Shown piece after piece: positions 16,757-25,628 of a DNA stretch of 64,000 nt. Origin of the DNA: Candidatus Woesearchaeota archaeon (GTDB lineage: Archaea; Nanobdellota; Nanobdellia; Woesearchaeales; JACPBO01). A model generated the notes under the pieces. It had not been told where the DNA came from, did no database searches, and was given only the letters and a program-made list of their open reading frames with translations. Position numbers and translations under genes: made by a program. The DNA is taken from positions 68,851 through 132,850 of the forward strand of contig JAUSCS010000006.1 in NCBI GenBank assembly GCA_030651135.1, written 5' to 3'. The stretch's first letter is position 1. Each line of letters begins with the position of its first letter.

Positions 16757-17863
16757 ATGTATAAAATTCTCAAAGAAGACCCAAAAACAAAAGCCAGAAT
16801 AGGTAAATTAAAAACAAGGCACGCTGCAGCTGAAACTCCATTTTTCATGCCGGTTGCGACAAAGGCAAGTGTAAAATTAATAACATCTGACGAACTTAAG
16901 GAGATGGGTGCAAAAGCGATAATCTGCAATTCTCTTGTCTTGTTTTTAAGGCCTGGCCTTGAAATAATAAAAAAAGCTCATGGCCTGCACAAGTTCATGA
17001 ATTTCAATGATGTGATTTTTACAGATTCTGGAGGGTTTCAGACAGCAGATAAGTCATTTGCACCAGTTATAACAAACAATGGAGTTTTGTTTAAAAGCCC
17101 TTTTGATGGGGTGCCTCATCTTATAACTCCTGAAAAAGCAGCCAATATACAGGAAGAGCTTGGCTCAGATGTTGCAATGGTATTAGATGATATGCCTCCT
17201 TACGGGAAAAGCAAGGACTATGTTATTGAATCGCTAAAGAGAACTCATGACTGGGCATCAAGGTTTAAGAACTTTCACAAAGATTCAAAACAATTGGTTT
17301 TTGGCATAACGCAGGGAGGAACTTTCAAGGATCTGAGAAAAATAAGCTGCGAATTGATTTCAAAGCTCGATTTTGATGGAATTGCATTAGGCGGATTGTC
17401 AATTGGAGAGCCAAAAAAATTAATGTACGGAATGATTGATTACTCTGAAAGATTTCTGCCAAAAGACACGCCCCGCTATCTGATGGGAGTTGGATCGCCA
17501 GAAGACATCATTGATTGCGTCAGCCACGGCATTGATGTTTTTGACAGCTGTATGCCGACAAGGAATGCAAGGCACGGAACATTGTTTACGTCGAATGGCA
17601 AAGTCCTGATTGAGAATAGGGAATATAAGGAGGATTTTCGCCCATTAGATAAAAACTGCGATTGCTATGTCTGCAAAAATCATACAAGAGCATATCTAAA
17701 TTATCTGATTAGGATGAAAGAGCCGACAGGATTAAGATTGGTAAGTTATCATAATGTCTATTTCGTACAAAATTTAATGAAAGAGATCAGGACAGCAATA
17801 AAAGAGAACGGGTTTGAAAAGTTCAGGAAAGAATTTTTGAAAGGGTATTTGAAAAAGAAATAG
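16757..17863 (+). CDS. tgt: tRNA-guanine transglycosylase, bacterial/queuosine type
   Basis: TPFFMPVAT, DSGGFQ, PRYLMGVG, DVFDSCMPTRNARHG, CDCYVC...HN Zn site; 368 aa with no PUA extension. Confidence 0.93.
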   Translation: MYKILKEDPKTKARIGKLKTRHAAAETPFFMPVATKASVKLITSDELKEMGAKAIICNSLVLFLRPGLEIIKKAHGLHKFMNFNDVIFTDSGGFQTADKSFAPVITNNGVLFKSPFDGVPHLITPEKAANIQEELGSDVAMVLDDMPPYGKSKDYVIESLKRTHDWASRFKNFHKDSKQLVFGITQGGTFKDLRKISCELISKLDFDGIALGGLSIGEPKKLMYGMIDYSERFLPKDTPRYLMGVGSPEDIIDCVSHGIDVFDSCMPTRNARHGTLFTSNGKVLIENREYKEDFRPLDKNCDCYVCKNHTRAYLNYLIRMKEPTGLRLVSYHNVYFVQNLMKEIRTAIKENGFEKFRKEFLKGYLKKK

Positions 17864-17924
17864 ATATGATCATTTTTCTCCAAAAACCAAAAGGTTTATA
17901 TAGGGGTATACCATACCATATGGT

Positions 17925-18209
17925 GTGTCAGAACTCATATTCAGCCACAAGCACAGGGATAAGAATTACATAGTTGAAATCGACATTTACAAGGTTGAAA
18001 AAGATGAGTTTCACCCAGAGGGATTCCAGTATTCGCTTGCTTTGATTAAAGACGGAAAAAGAATATTGGGCTATGACAATCATGAAAGAAAAGGCCACCA
18101 CATTCACAGAGGCAATATGGAGCTGCCTTACGATTTTGTTGACGAATGGAAATTAGTTGAAGATTTCCAAAAGGAAGTTGAAAAAATAACAAAAGGCGAG
18201 GTAAAATGA
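17925..18209 (+). CDS. Putative toxin, DUF6516/TumE-like
   Basis: YSL...RILGYDNHERKGHHIH motif; 4-nt overlap with a downstream HTH gene; GTG start. Confidence 0.7.
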   Translation: MSELIFSHKHRDKNYIVEIDIYKVEKDEFHPEGFQYSLALIKDGKRILGYDNHERKGHHIHRGNMELPYDFVDEWKLVEDFQKEVEKITKGEVK

Positions 18210-18589
18210 AAATCAAAAACATAACAGTCGAGGTAAAGCCGCTTAAGGATGTTCTGAAGGAAGCGGCTGAAGCTATGAGTGAAGTTAGAAAAGGAAAAAG
18301 TATAAAGGCCAGAAAAGGGCTTAGTTTTGGCAGCGTGGAATCCTTCAGGGAATTTTTTACTCCGAGAAGAATCGAGCTGCTGCAGGTTATAAGGCATAAA
18401 CATCCGAAATCGATCTATGAATTGGCTAAATTAACAAACAGGGATATAAAGAGCACAGCAGTTGATATTAAGATTCTTGAAAAATATGGCTTAATAGATA
18501 CGAAAAAGGTGCATGTTGAAGGCGGTGTAGGTTACAAGGTGATGCCTGTCTTTGATTACGACAAGCTGACAGTTGACATTGCTGTGTGA
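18206..18589 (+). CDS. Putative HTH antitoxin (HVO_A0114/TumA-like)
   Basis: LSFGSVESFREFFTPRRIELL...PKSIYELAKLTNRDIKS. Confidence 0.75.
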   Translation: MKIKNITVEVKPLKDVLKEAAEAMSEVRKGKSIKARKGLSFGSVESFREFFTPRRIELLQVIRHKHPKSIYELAKLTNRDIKSTAVDIKILEKYGLIDTKKVHVEGGVGYKVMPVFDYDKLTVDIAV

Positions 18590-18618
18590 TATGTATTAAA
18601 TTCTGTAAACATCGGAAT

Positions 18619-18670
18619 CTGTTAAACGCCCCGAGCGAAGCGACGAAGAAGTGCGAACGCAGGGGTTCAG
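18619..18670. other. Stem-loop element containing GCGAAGC
   Basis: CTGttaaacgCCCC...GGGGttCAG arms flank CGAGCGAAGCGA; located downstream of the TA pair. Confidence 0.35.
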
Positions 18671-18833
18671 TAAAGTTTTTATAGAAGGTCATCTATTGAC
18701 GTATTATGACATCGTTTTTAGCAAGAGGAAAAAGAACAAAAACTAAGCGACCTATTAGTTTTAGAACTTCAAGTGGTCAGAGAGTTAGTTTTGGAGCCAG
18801 AAGAAGACCAAAAAGAAGAACAAGAGTTAGTTT

Positions 18834-19283
18834 CTAAAACCTAAATTGGGGCATTTTATTTGATTGTTGTATTCCAAAAGGATTTGCAGGTTTTCTTGGA
18901 CTTTTTCTAGTTTTGGATTTCTTTGTACTTTCACTTTCAGATTTAGGGAAATATTTTTTGTATCTTTCGGGATAGATGTTTTTCATATAAACTTTCATGT
19001 TAGTTTTCGACATCCCTAGATTACATTCAGTACAAACAAGTCTGGAATTTTCAGGGGTATAAGTCCCGCCAGATGCTCCAGCCTTAATTCTCCCAACGTG
19101 GACAGCAGGAGACCAACTAAGGCTTTCCCCACAACAAAAACATTTTCCCTTATATTTATCAGCTCCCCACCAACGTTTTCTTATCTTATTTCTCGTTGTT
19201 GAAGGACACTTCTTTTTACTTTTAGAATTAGGTTCCCAAACATTCATAGGTCTTGTTCCAAAATCAAATAGGTTTCTTGGCAT
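18834..19283 (-). CDS. HNH-like (beta-beta-alpha-metal) domain protein
   Basis: CFCC...VHVGRIKAGASGGTYTPENSRLVCTECN Zn-finger HNH pattern followed by a basic low-complexity tail. Confidence 0.7.
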   Translation of the reverse strand: MPRNLFDFGTRPMNVWEPNSKSKKKCPSTTRNKIRKRWWGADKYKGKCFCCGESLSWSPAVHVGRIKAGASGGTYTPENSRLVCTECNLGMSKTNMKVYMKNIYPERYKKYFPKSESESTKKSKTRKSPRKPANPFGIQQSNKMPQFRF

Positions 19284-19343
19284 AATAGTTCACCTCTATC
19301 TTCAACATAAACTAACTGGTATTTAAATATTTCTTCAAAATTT

Positions 19344-20111
19344 TTACAAAATCCTCACATCTCCTTTATACAGCTGCCTGAATTTCTCAGCATCATTTGC
19401 AGATCCGACAATTGCTCCGTAATGCATCGGCACTGCTATCTTCGGATTTATGATCTCAGCAGCCTTTGCCGCTTCCTCTGCGGTCATCACATAAGTTCCA
19501 GAAACCGGCAATAATGCGACATCGATATTTGTGATGTTTTTCATTTCAGGGATCAGATCAGTATCTCCAGCGTGATAGATCCTCTTCCCTTTGATTGTTA
19601 CAATGAAGCCGACCCATTCGTTTTGATTCTGGTGAAACGGCAGCCCTGGTGCCCTGAACTTGTTTACATTATAAGCGGGAACTGTCTCTATAGAAACATT
19701 GCCGATTGTCAGCTTTGCTCCGGGCCTTACAATTTTCACTCCCTTAATTCCAGAAACAACAGTGGACAGCTTTGACTGGCAGTCTGCAACTGTAACTATT
19801 GTTGTATCCTGCTTAACAAGCTTCTGTATGTCTTTTATAGAGCAATGATCATAATGCTCATGCGTTATCAGAATAATGTCTGCTTTTTCATCTGTATTCA
19901 CATTAAATGGATCAATATAAATTGTATCGCCATCAGTTATCTTAAAGCCAGCATGGCCAAGATGCTCAATTTTGACACCATCTATGTTCAGTACATTCGA
20001 CATATTGCTCACCACATGATTTTCTATTTTATTTTTAGCACAGCCAATGAAAAATATAAAAAGTATCAAAACAAAAATTAAAAATACATTGTTATATAAG
20101 TAATTTGCCAT
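19344..20111 (-). CDS. MBL-fold metallo-hydrolase with a possible lipoprotein signal
   Basis: LGHAGF, THEHYDH, IYHAGDT, PMHYG; hydrophobic N-terminus ending FIGC. Start is uncertain (alternative internal Met). Confidence 0.88.
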   Translation of the reverse strand: MANYLYNNVFLIFVLILFIFFIGCAKNKIENHVVSNMSNVLNIDGVKIEHLGHAGFKITDGDTIYIDPFNVNTDEKADIILITHEHYDHCSIKDIQKLVKQDTTIVTVADCQSKLSTVVSGIKGVKIVRPGAKLTIGNVSIETVPAYNVNKFRAPGLPFHQNQNEWVGFIVTIKGKRIYHAGDTDLIPEMKNITNIDVALLPVSGTYVMTAEEAAKAAEIINPKIAVPMHYGAIVGSANDAEKFRQLYKGDVRIL

Positions 20112-21054
20112 TTTTCATTATGACTTTTCCATCAACTTCTATTGTTGGCCTCTTAAAAACCCCATCCAAGTGTACAGGCACATTTACTTTGCCGCCATAT
20201 GACGCATTGTTGCCCAATGCAATATGCGCAGTCCCAAAAACTTTTTCATCCTCTAAAACATTGCCTATGATCTTCGCCTTGTCGTTCATTCCAATGCCGA
20301 GTTCAGCGATATTATATGCATTTTTATTTTTAATCTTTTCCAGTTCTTTTTTCAGCTTTAATGTAGTTTTTCCGCCTTCAATCTTCACAGCAAATCCATT
20401 CTTAACAGTTATTCTTACAGGCTTGTCAACTTTTCCCAAAATAGAAGCGTCAACAATAAAAACGCCATTTGATTTTCCTTCATTCGGAGACAAAGAAACC
20501 TCACCTGCAGGAATATTTCCCCATGTCCCTTTTTTAATGTAAAGCCCAGCAACATCCCCGTGCAGTTGCCTGTTTTTTATATTCAATGCAATGTTTGTTC
20601 CCAATTTTGTTTTTATTTTCACAATTTTCTTGTTTTTTAAAAAAGAAATCAGCTTTTTGCTTCTTTCAGAAATCTTTGAATAATTAACAGAAGCTGCTCT
20701 TAGAAACATATCATCATTTATACCGGGCATTGAAGCAAGCCTTGCTCCTTTTTTAGTTGCATTTCTTCTTGCTTTTGTATGAGACAGGGATTTTGTTGTT
20801 GCAATCATTATTATACTGTGCTTCAGCATCTCTTTTGCAGCATGCAAAGGCGGCTCTTCTCCATGCTGCTTTCCAACCGGGATCTGCAGCAATTTTGCCT
20901 TAGAAATTCCTGATGCAGCCTTGAACAAGGCATCTGCGATGCTTTTCTTATTTTCATCAAAAACAATCAGGCAGGAATCCTTTTTAGCCAGGCCCATGCA
21001 TTTTTTAAGTATTTTCAACGCTGCTTTTTGCAAATCATTTTCTTGCAACATCAT
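20092..21054 (-). CDS. Aminopeptidase, M29/AmpS-like short archaeal form
   Basis: GNIPAGEV, IAELGIGMN, LEDEKVFGTAHIALGNN, HLDGV. Confidence 0.88.
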   Translation of the reverse strand: MMLQENDLQKAALKILKKCMGLAKKDSCLIVFDENKKSIADALFKAASGISKAKLLQIPVGKQHGEEPPLHAAKEMLKHSIIMIATTKSLSHTKARRNATKKGARLASMPGINDDMFLRAASVNYSKISERSKKLISFLKNKKIVKIKTKLGTNIALNIKNRQLHGDVAGLYIKKGTWGNIPAGEVSLSPNEGKSNGVFIVDASILGKVDKPVRITVKNGFAVKIEGGKTTLKLKKELEKIKNKNAYNIAELGIGMNDKAKIIGNVLEDEKVFGTAHIALGNNASYGGKVNVPVHLDGVFKRPTIEVDGKVIMKNGKLLI

Positions 21055-21589
21055 ACTCCATTTCTTCCAGCTTTTTAAGGTTCCACTTTATTTGGTCTGC
21101 CTTTTTCCTTAAATCACCGTTTCTTAAATCAAACTTCAAGAATTCGCCATAAATTTCATCAACAAGATCCTTTATTTTCTTAGCTTCGCTATACCTTTTA
21201 TTTATCACGTCCTTCACAGCTTTTCTGACCAATTCGCCAGTCAGATCGCAAAGCCCCATCAGATAAGCTGTAGTTTCAGCTCCGAGCTCTTTTCGTGAAG
21301 GCATCTTATTATTCTTAACAAACTCATAAAATACAACAGCTTCAACAAGCTCCTGCATTGCAACAGCATCCATCTCAGTATCATAAAACTTCAAGGGCAG
21401 TTTCTTTGCTTTTTCCTTTATCTCTTTTACCAGCGCATCAGCAGAACTTATATCGTCCCTTTGCACAGCATAAATTATCTGCTTGGAAAGCTGTATTATA
21501 TCTCTGGATTGCCTTATTGTCTTCTCTCTTTCTTCATCAAATTTCTTCAGTTCTTTAATTATGTCTTCAAATTCTTTTTTATTCAGCAT
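21035..21589 (-). CDS. Translin/TRAX family protein
   Basis: REKTIRQSRDI, QELVEA, YLMGLCDLTGELVR. Confidence 0.88.
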   Translation of the reverse strand: MLNKKEFEDIIKELKKFDEEREKTIRQSRDIIQLSKQIIYAVQRDDISSADALVKEIKEKAKKLPLKFYDTEMDAVAMQELVEAVVFYEFVKNNKMPSRKELGAETTAYLMGLCDLTGELVRKAVKDVINKRYSEAKKIKDLVDEIYGEFLKFDLRNGDLRKKADQIKWNLKKLEEMEYDVARK

Positions 21590-21681
21590 TTTATATCAAA
21601 ATGCATAAAATCTCCCCTCTTTATAAACCTTTTTAAAAACGAAAAGTTTATATACGAACTATAATAGTAAGACACTTAAAT

Positions 21682-22260
21682 ATGGCAACCTCTACATTTC
21701 GCGGAATAATAGAGTTTTTTGACAAAATAGGCATTTACGATGTAGTTCTGCCTTTCCTGCTTGTATTTACAGTTGTCTTCGCAATTCTTGAAAAAACAAA
21801 GCTTTTCGGAACAGAAGATGTTGGAGGAACAAAATACACGAAGAAAAACCTCAATGCAATGATGTCTTTTGTTGTTGCTTTCCTTGTTATTGCTTCAACA
21901 AAGCTTGTAGCAATAATAAACCAGGCATTGGGCAATGTTGTAATATTCCTCATCATCATCCTGTCATTCCTGCTTTTGATAGGCTCGTTCTTCAGCGAAG
22001 ATGAAAAAGTATTTCTTGAGAAAGGCCCCTGGAGAACAACATTCATGATTGCGACTTTAGTGGGCATAATACTGATTTTTCTGGCAGCAATACCTATGGA
22101 CTCGGGAGGAAGCTGGCTCGAATGGTTCTGGGATTGGATGAATGATCACTGGCAGAATGACTGGGTTGCAGCGATAATTTTCATAATTGTAATAATTATC
22201 TTCATCGCCCTGATAACAAGAGGGGGCGGCGGGAAGAAAAAAGAGGAAAAGAAGGAATAA
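21682..22260 (+). CDS. Polytopic membrane protein, paralogue 1 of 3
   Basis: YDVVLPFLLVFTVVFAILEKTKLFG; about 5 TM helices. Confidence 0.8.
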   Translation: MATSTFRGIIEFFDKIGIYDVVLPFLLVFTVVFAILEKTKLFGTEDVGGTKYTKKNLNAMMSFVVAFLVIASTKLVAIINQALGNVVIFLIIILSFLLLIGSFFSEDEKVFLEKGPWRTTFMIATLVGIILIFLAAIPMDSGGSWLEWFWDWMNDHWQNDWVAAIIFIIVIIIFIALITRGGGGKKKEEKKE

Positions 22261-22271
22261 AGGAGGTTAAA

Positions 22272-22859
22272 ATGGTAAGTGGCGTTTTGGCAGATGTTAT
22301 AATGAGGCTTGAAGATTTGGGCTTAACTGATGTTTTGCTGCCTTTCTTGCTGATCTTCACAATAATATTTGCGATATTTCAGAAATCAAAGATACTTGGA
22401 ACTGACAAGCAGAATTTTAATGTGATCATAGCATTGATAATTTCCTTGCTTGTTGTTATACCGCACGTTACTGATAGCTATCCTGTAAATGCAGATCCTA
22501 TCCAGATAATAAACCAGTCAATCCCGAATGTTGCTGTTGTTATAGTGGCAATATTGATGGTGCTTATGCTGATGGGTGTGTTTGGGGTTGAGTTTACATG
22601 GGCAGGCAGGGTCACAGGCGGAATAGTGATCATAGCATTGATAATTGTAATTGCGATTTTTGGAAAAGCAGCAGCATGGTGGGGGGAAGGAGTTTCGCTT
22701 CCGTGGTGGCTCAACTGGCTGGAAGATCCAAATACCCAAACACTGGTTGTGGTCCTTATTGTGTTCGGCATCATAATCTGGTTCATCACAAGAAGCGGAG
22801 AGCGAAGTCAAGGAACTGGATTACTTGAAGAATTCGGTAAATTGTTCAGTAGAAAGTAA
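22272..22859 (+). CDS. Polytopic membrane protein, paralogue 2 of 3
   Basis: TDVLLPFLLIFTIIFAIFQKSKILG; GGAGG RBS. Confidence 0.8.
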   Translation: MVSGVLADVIMRLEDLGLTDVLLPFLLIFTIIFAIFQKSKILGTDKQNFNVIIALIISLLVVIPHVTDSYPVNADPIQIINQSIPNVAVVIVAILMVLMLMGVFGVEFTWAGRVTGGIVIIALIIVIAIFGKAAAWWGEGVSLPWWLNWLEDPNTQTLVVVLIVFGIIIWFITRSGERSQGTGLLEEFGKLFSRK

Positions 22860-22861
22860 AC

Positions 22862-23437
22862 ATGGCAGATATTTTATCCGGATTTAACCTGCTGGCGAAT
22901 TTTTCCAGCATTTTTTCTTTTATTTTCATCCTGATTATTGTTTATGCTGTCGCAGAGTACACAAAATTCTTCGGAGACAACAAAGGCATACATGCAATAT
23001 TGGCATTGTGCATTGCGGTAATAACTTTGATGCTATCGGGCGTTATTGCAGTCATAAATTTAATTGTTCCCTGGTTTGCCCTGATGTTTATTTTCGCAGC
23101 GCTCGTAATAATGGCTTTCAAATTCTTTGGCGTAAGCGATGAGAATCTTCTTAGCACAATAGTCGGAAAAGATAAGGTTGTTTTATGGTGGATAGTAACT
23201 ATTGCTGCCATAATAATCCTTGGAGCACTCGGCAGGGTGTATTTCACAAGCGGCGGCTTGATTGAGCCAAGAACAAACGAATCAATGATAGTAGGCACAA
23301 ACGCAACAAGTGTCAGCACAATCGGTCAGGGAGCATTCTGGGCAACGCTGTTTCACCCAAAGATCTTAGGCTTGATACTTATACTGCTGATAGCATCATT
23401 CACAATAAGGCTTCTAAGCGGGTATGAGAATAGATAA
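22862..23437 (+). CDS. Polytopic membrane protein, paralogue 3 of 3 (divergent)
   Basis: FSFIFILIIVYAVAEYTKFFG is similar to paralogues 1 and 2. Confidence 0.78.
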   Translation: MADILSGFNLLANFSSIFSFIFILIIVYAVAEYTKFFGDNKGIHAILALCIAVITLMLSGVIAVINLIVPWFALMFIFAALVIMAFKFFGVSDENLLSTIVGKDKVVLWWIVTIAAIIILGALGRVYFTSGGLIEPRTNESMIVGTNATSVSTIGQGAFWATLFHPKILGLILILLIASFTIRLLSGYENR

Positions 23438-23438
23438 A

Positions 23439-24068
23439 TTATTTCTTAGTGCTCTTTTCTTTTGCCTTGTCAGTTAATCTGGAAAGCTCTCCAATGCTTT
23501 CAGTCAGCTGAGGCAGCACTTTCTGGAACACTTTGTCCATTGCCTTCACTTCAGCCCCGACATTCTGGATATTTTTATCGTATTCCTCAACCTTTCCTAT
23601 TATAGTCTGGTGGATTGTATTAAGGTTGTTTCTCAGGTCATCAATCGCCTGCTCTGATTTGTTGATTCTCGCTTCAGTCTTTGTTTTCCATTCAATGACT
23701 TTGTTTATGTTCTTTACAAGCTCGTTCCATTTTTCATCAATTATTGCCTCTGCGAGTTCCTCTATTCTTTCAACATCAGTTGCAGCCTGCATTTGAGGCT
23801 GCTGCATGAATTCCTGCTGCGGCATCTGCATTTCTTGCGACATGGGATTTTCCAGAGGAGGCATCTGATAAGGCCGGGCAGCTTCTACGCTCCCCTTTAT
23901 ATCTGCCTGCGACATTGCGTCAAATATCTGGTCAGAAGCATAGCCGTCTCGCTGCAATGCCTGTATTGTCTGGTCATTTGAAAGCCCTTGCGCCCTCATA
24001 TTGAGAACTTGGTCAACAGGTATTAGTGGCGGTGCTTGGGAAGCTGGTTTTTTGCCGAAAAGAGGCAT
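23439..24068 (-). CDS. Hypothetical protein: Pro/Gln/Met-rich linker plus coiled coil
   Basis: RIEELAEAIIDEKW and heptad-rich C-terminal half. Confidence 0.78.
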   Translation of the reverse strand: MPLFGKKPASQAPPLIPVDQVLNMRAQGLSNDQTIQALQRDGYASDQIFDAMSQADIKGSVEAARPYQMPPLENPMSQEMQMPQQEFMQQPQMQAATDVERIEELAEAIIDEKWNELVKNINKVIEWKTKTEARINKSEQAIDDLRNNLNTIHQTIIGKVEEYDKNIQNVGAEVKAMDKVFQKVLPQLTESIGELSRLTDKAKEKSTKK

Positions 24069-24137
24069 TGTCTATCACCTTTTTTTGAATATATTTTAAA
24101 TATAAATACCATTACTAATATTTGTTTAAATAACTTT

Positions 24138-24608
24138 CTATTCTTTGCTTTGTTCTAGATTTGCATCTAAAATCTCTTTTACAATTTTTTTAACTTCATT
24201 TCTCGTAACAAAATTAAGCGGCTGCCAAAGCTCTATATATTTCTCAAGCACTCTGACATCTTCATCTTTTGCGCTGGACCGCAGCTCTTTTATTACCTCA
24301 AGCATCTTTTCTTTTACGTCTGCTATTTCGTGCTTTATATCGAGTATATCTGCATTTATTGCTTTAATCTCATCTGCAAATTTCCTGTTTGAAGACAGCA
24401 TGTTTTGGTCGCTGACCTGGACTTTTTTTCTTAAATTGATGTAGCTCTCCTCCAAACTTCTTAATCTGCTGCTCATTCCCGTAAGCTGCATTATCATATC
24501 AGAAGGCGCGCTAGGCGCAGCTTTTCCTTTTTTTTGATCCATCCCGGGCGGAGGAGCCATTCCAGTTACAGGCCCCATTCCAGGAGGAATCATGTTTCCA
24601 TTCGGCAT
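24138..24608 (-). CDS. Hypothetical coiled-coil protein
   Basis: Pro/Met/Gly-rich N-terminus, heptads, LEKYIELWQPLNFVTRNEV. Confidence 0.78.
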   Translation of the reverse strand: MPNGNMIPPGMGPVTGMAPPPGMDQKKGKAAPSAPSDMIMQLTGMSSRLRSLEESYINLRKKVQVSDQNMLSSNRKFADEIKAINADILDIKHEIADVKEKMLEVIKELRSSAKDEDVRVLEKYIELWQPLNFVTRNEVKKIVKEILDANLEQSKE

Positions 24609-24657
24609 AGTAAAGTTATGATGGCTGTTGGTATTTATATTTTGCGATTATATGATG

Positions 24658-24942
24658 TCAGTTGGCCTCGCACGTCTTCCCAGTCCAGCATCTGTCTGCT
24701 CCGCAGTCGCAGCCGTCTGTCATTGCAGTTGTGCAAAACAATGGTTCCTTGCTTCTCTCCAGAGAGCATGAATCAATGCAGCCATTGCTGAATATTTTCC
24801 ATTCGCCGCTGACTCTTGCGCATTCAGCTCTAGGATCATCTAAAACGGTTGAGCCATCTATTTCGGTTTTTTGCTGGCATCCGCTGATCATACTAACTGC
24901 AAAAACCAGGCCCAGCAACCAAACCGAAATTGATTTTTTCAT
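24658..24942 (-). CDS. Small Cys-rich secreted protein or lipoprotein
   Basis: Signal peptide ending ISGC followed by about 8 further Cys residues. Confidence 0.72.
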   Translation of the reverse strand: MKKSISVWLLGLVFAVSMISGCQQKTEIDGSTVLDDPRAECARVSGEWKIFSNGCIDSCSLERSKEPLFCTTAMTDGCDCGADRCWTGKTCEAN

Positions 24943-25547
24943 GTTCTCTTTTTTTTGATTTCTGCTCTTGCCTTATCCACAAATATCCACTCATCAGGCC
25001 ATTCTTTCTTCATTACTCCATCACTCATATTGATTGAAGGCAGGTAATTATGGTGCCTTCTTATGGTGTCTGTTACCCTTGTTGTTATCACTTCTTTCAC
25101 TGCATCTTCTCCGATTTTTTCTCTGATGTGGTGTATTATTCTGTTGCTGAATTCATCTACTAATTCGCTCTCAGTCTCAGCATCTAAAATCAGAATTAAA
25201 GCCAAATGTCCGTCTTTCTCACCCAGATAAGACAGCGAGATATAATCTGCATTAAAACTCATCCATTTTTTGTCATACTCAACGCTTTCCAGATATTGCT
25301 GCCTTGTTACACCCAACTTAAACTTGACAATATAGAGCTGTTTTGCCTTGAACATTCCAGTTCCATGCTCGCCTGTATCAAAACTTGTGAAATAGTTTAG
25401 CAACCCCTCTTTTTCTATTTTTTTTCTTTTCCTGTTCACAGTCATTACAGGCACATTTGTTTTCTTTGCAATCTGGTTATCACTTATTCTCGTATTTTTT
25501 ATGAGTTCTCTCACAATTTTTACTTCGCTTTGGTCTAATTCTCTCAT
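24939..25547 (-). CDS. Lrp/AsnC-like winged-helix regulator
   Basis: LDQSEVKIVRELIKNTRISDNQIAKKTNVPVMTVNRKRKKIEKEG HTH; start ATG 25547. Confidence 0.8.
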   Translation of the reverse strand: MRELDQSEVKIVRELIKNTRISDNQIAKKTNVPVMTVNRKRKKIEKEGLLNYFTSFDTGEHGTGMFKAKQLYIVKFKLGVTRQQYLESVEYDKKWMSFNADYISLSYLGEKDGHLALILILDAETESELVDEFSNRIIHHIREKIGEDAVKEVITTRVTDTIRRHHNYLPSINMSDGVMKKEWPDEWIFVDKARAEIKKKRT

Positions 25548-25628
25548 TTTAGCTAGTTTTTTGTTATGTTTGTAACAAAATAAGAAGAGCAGATATATAA
25601 ATGTTATTGTCATAGACTATATGTACAA

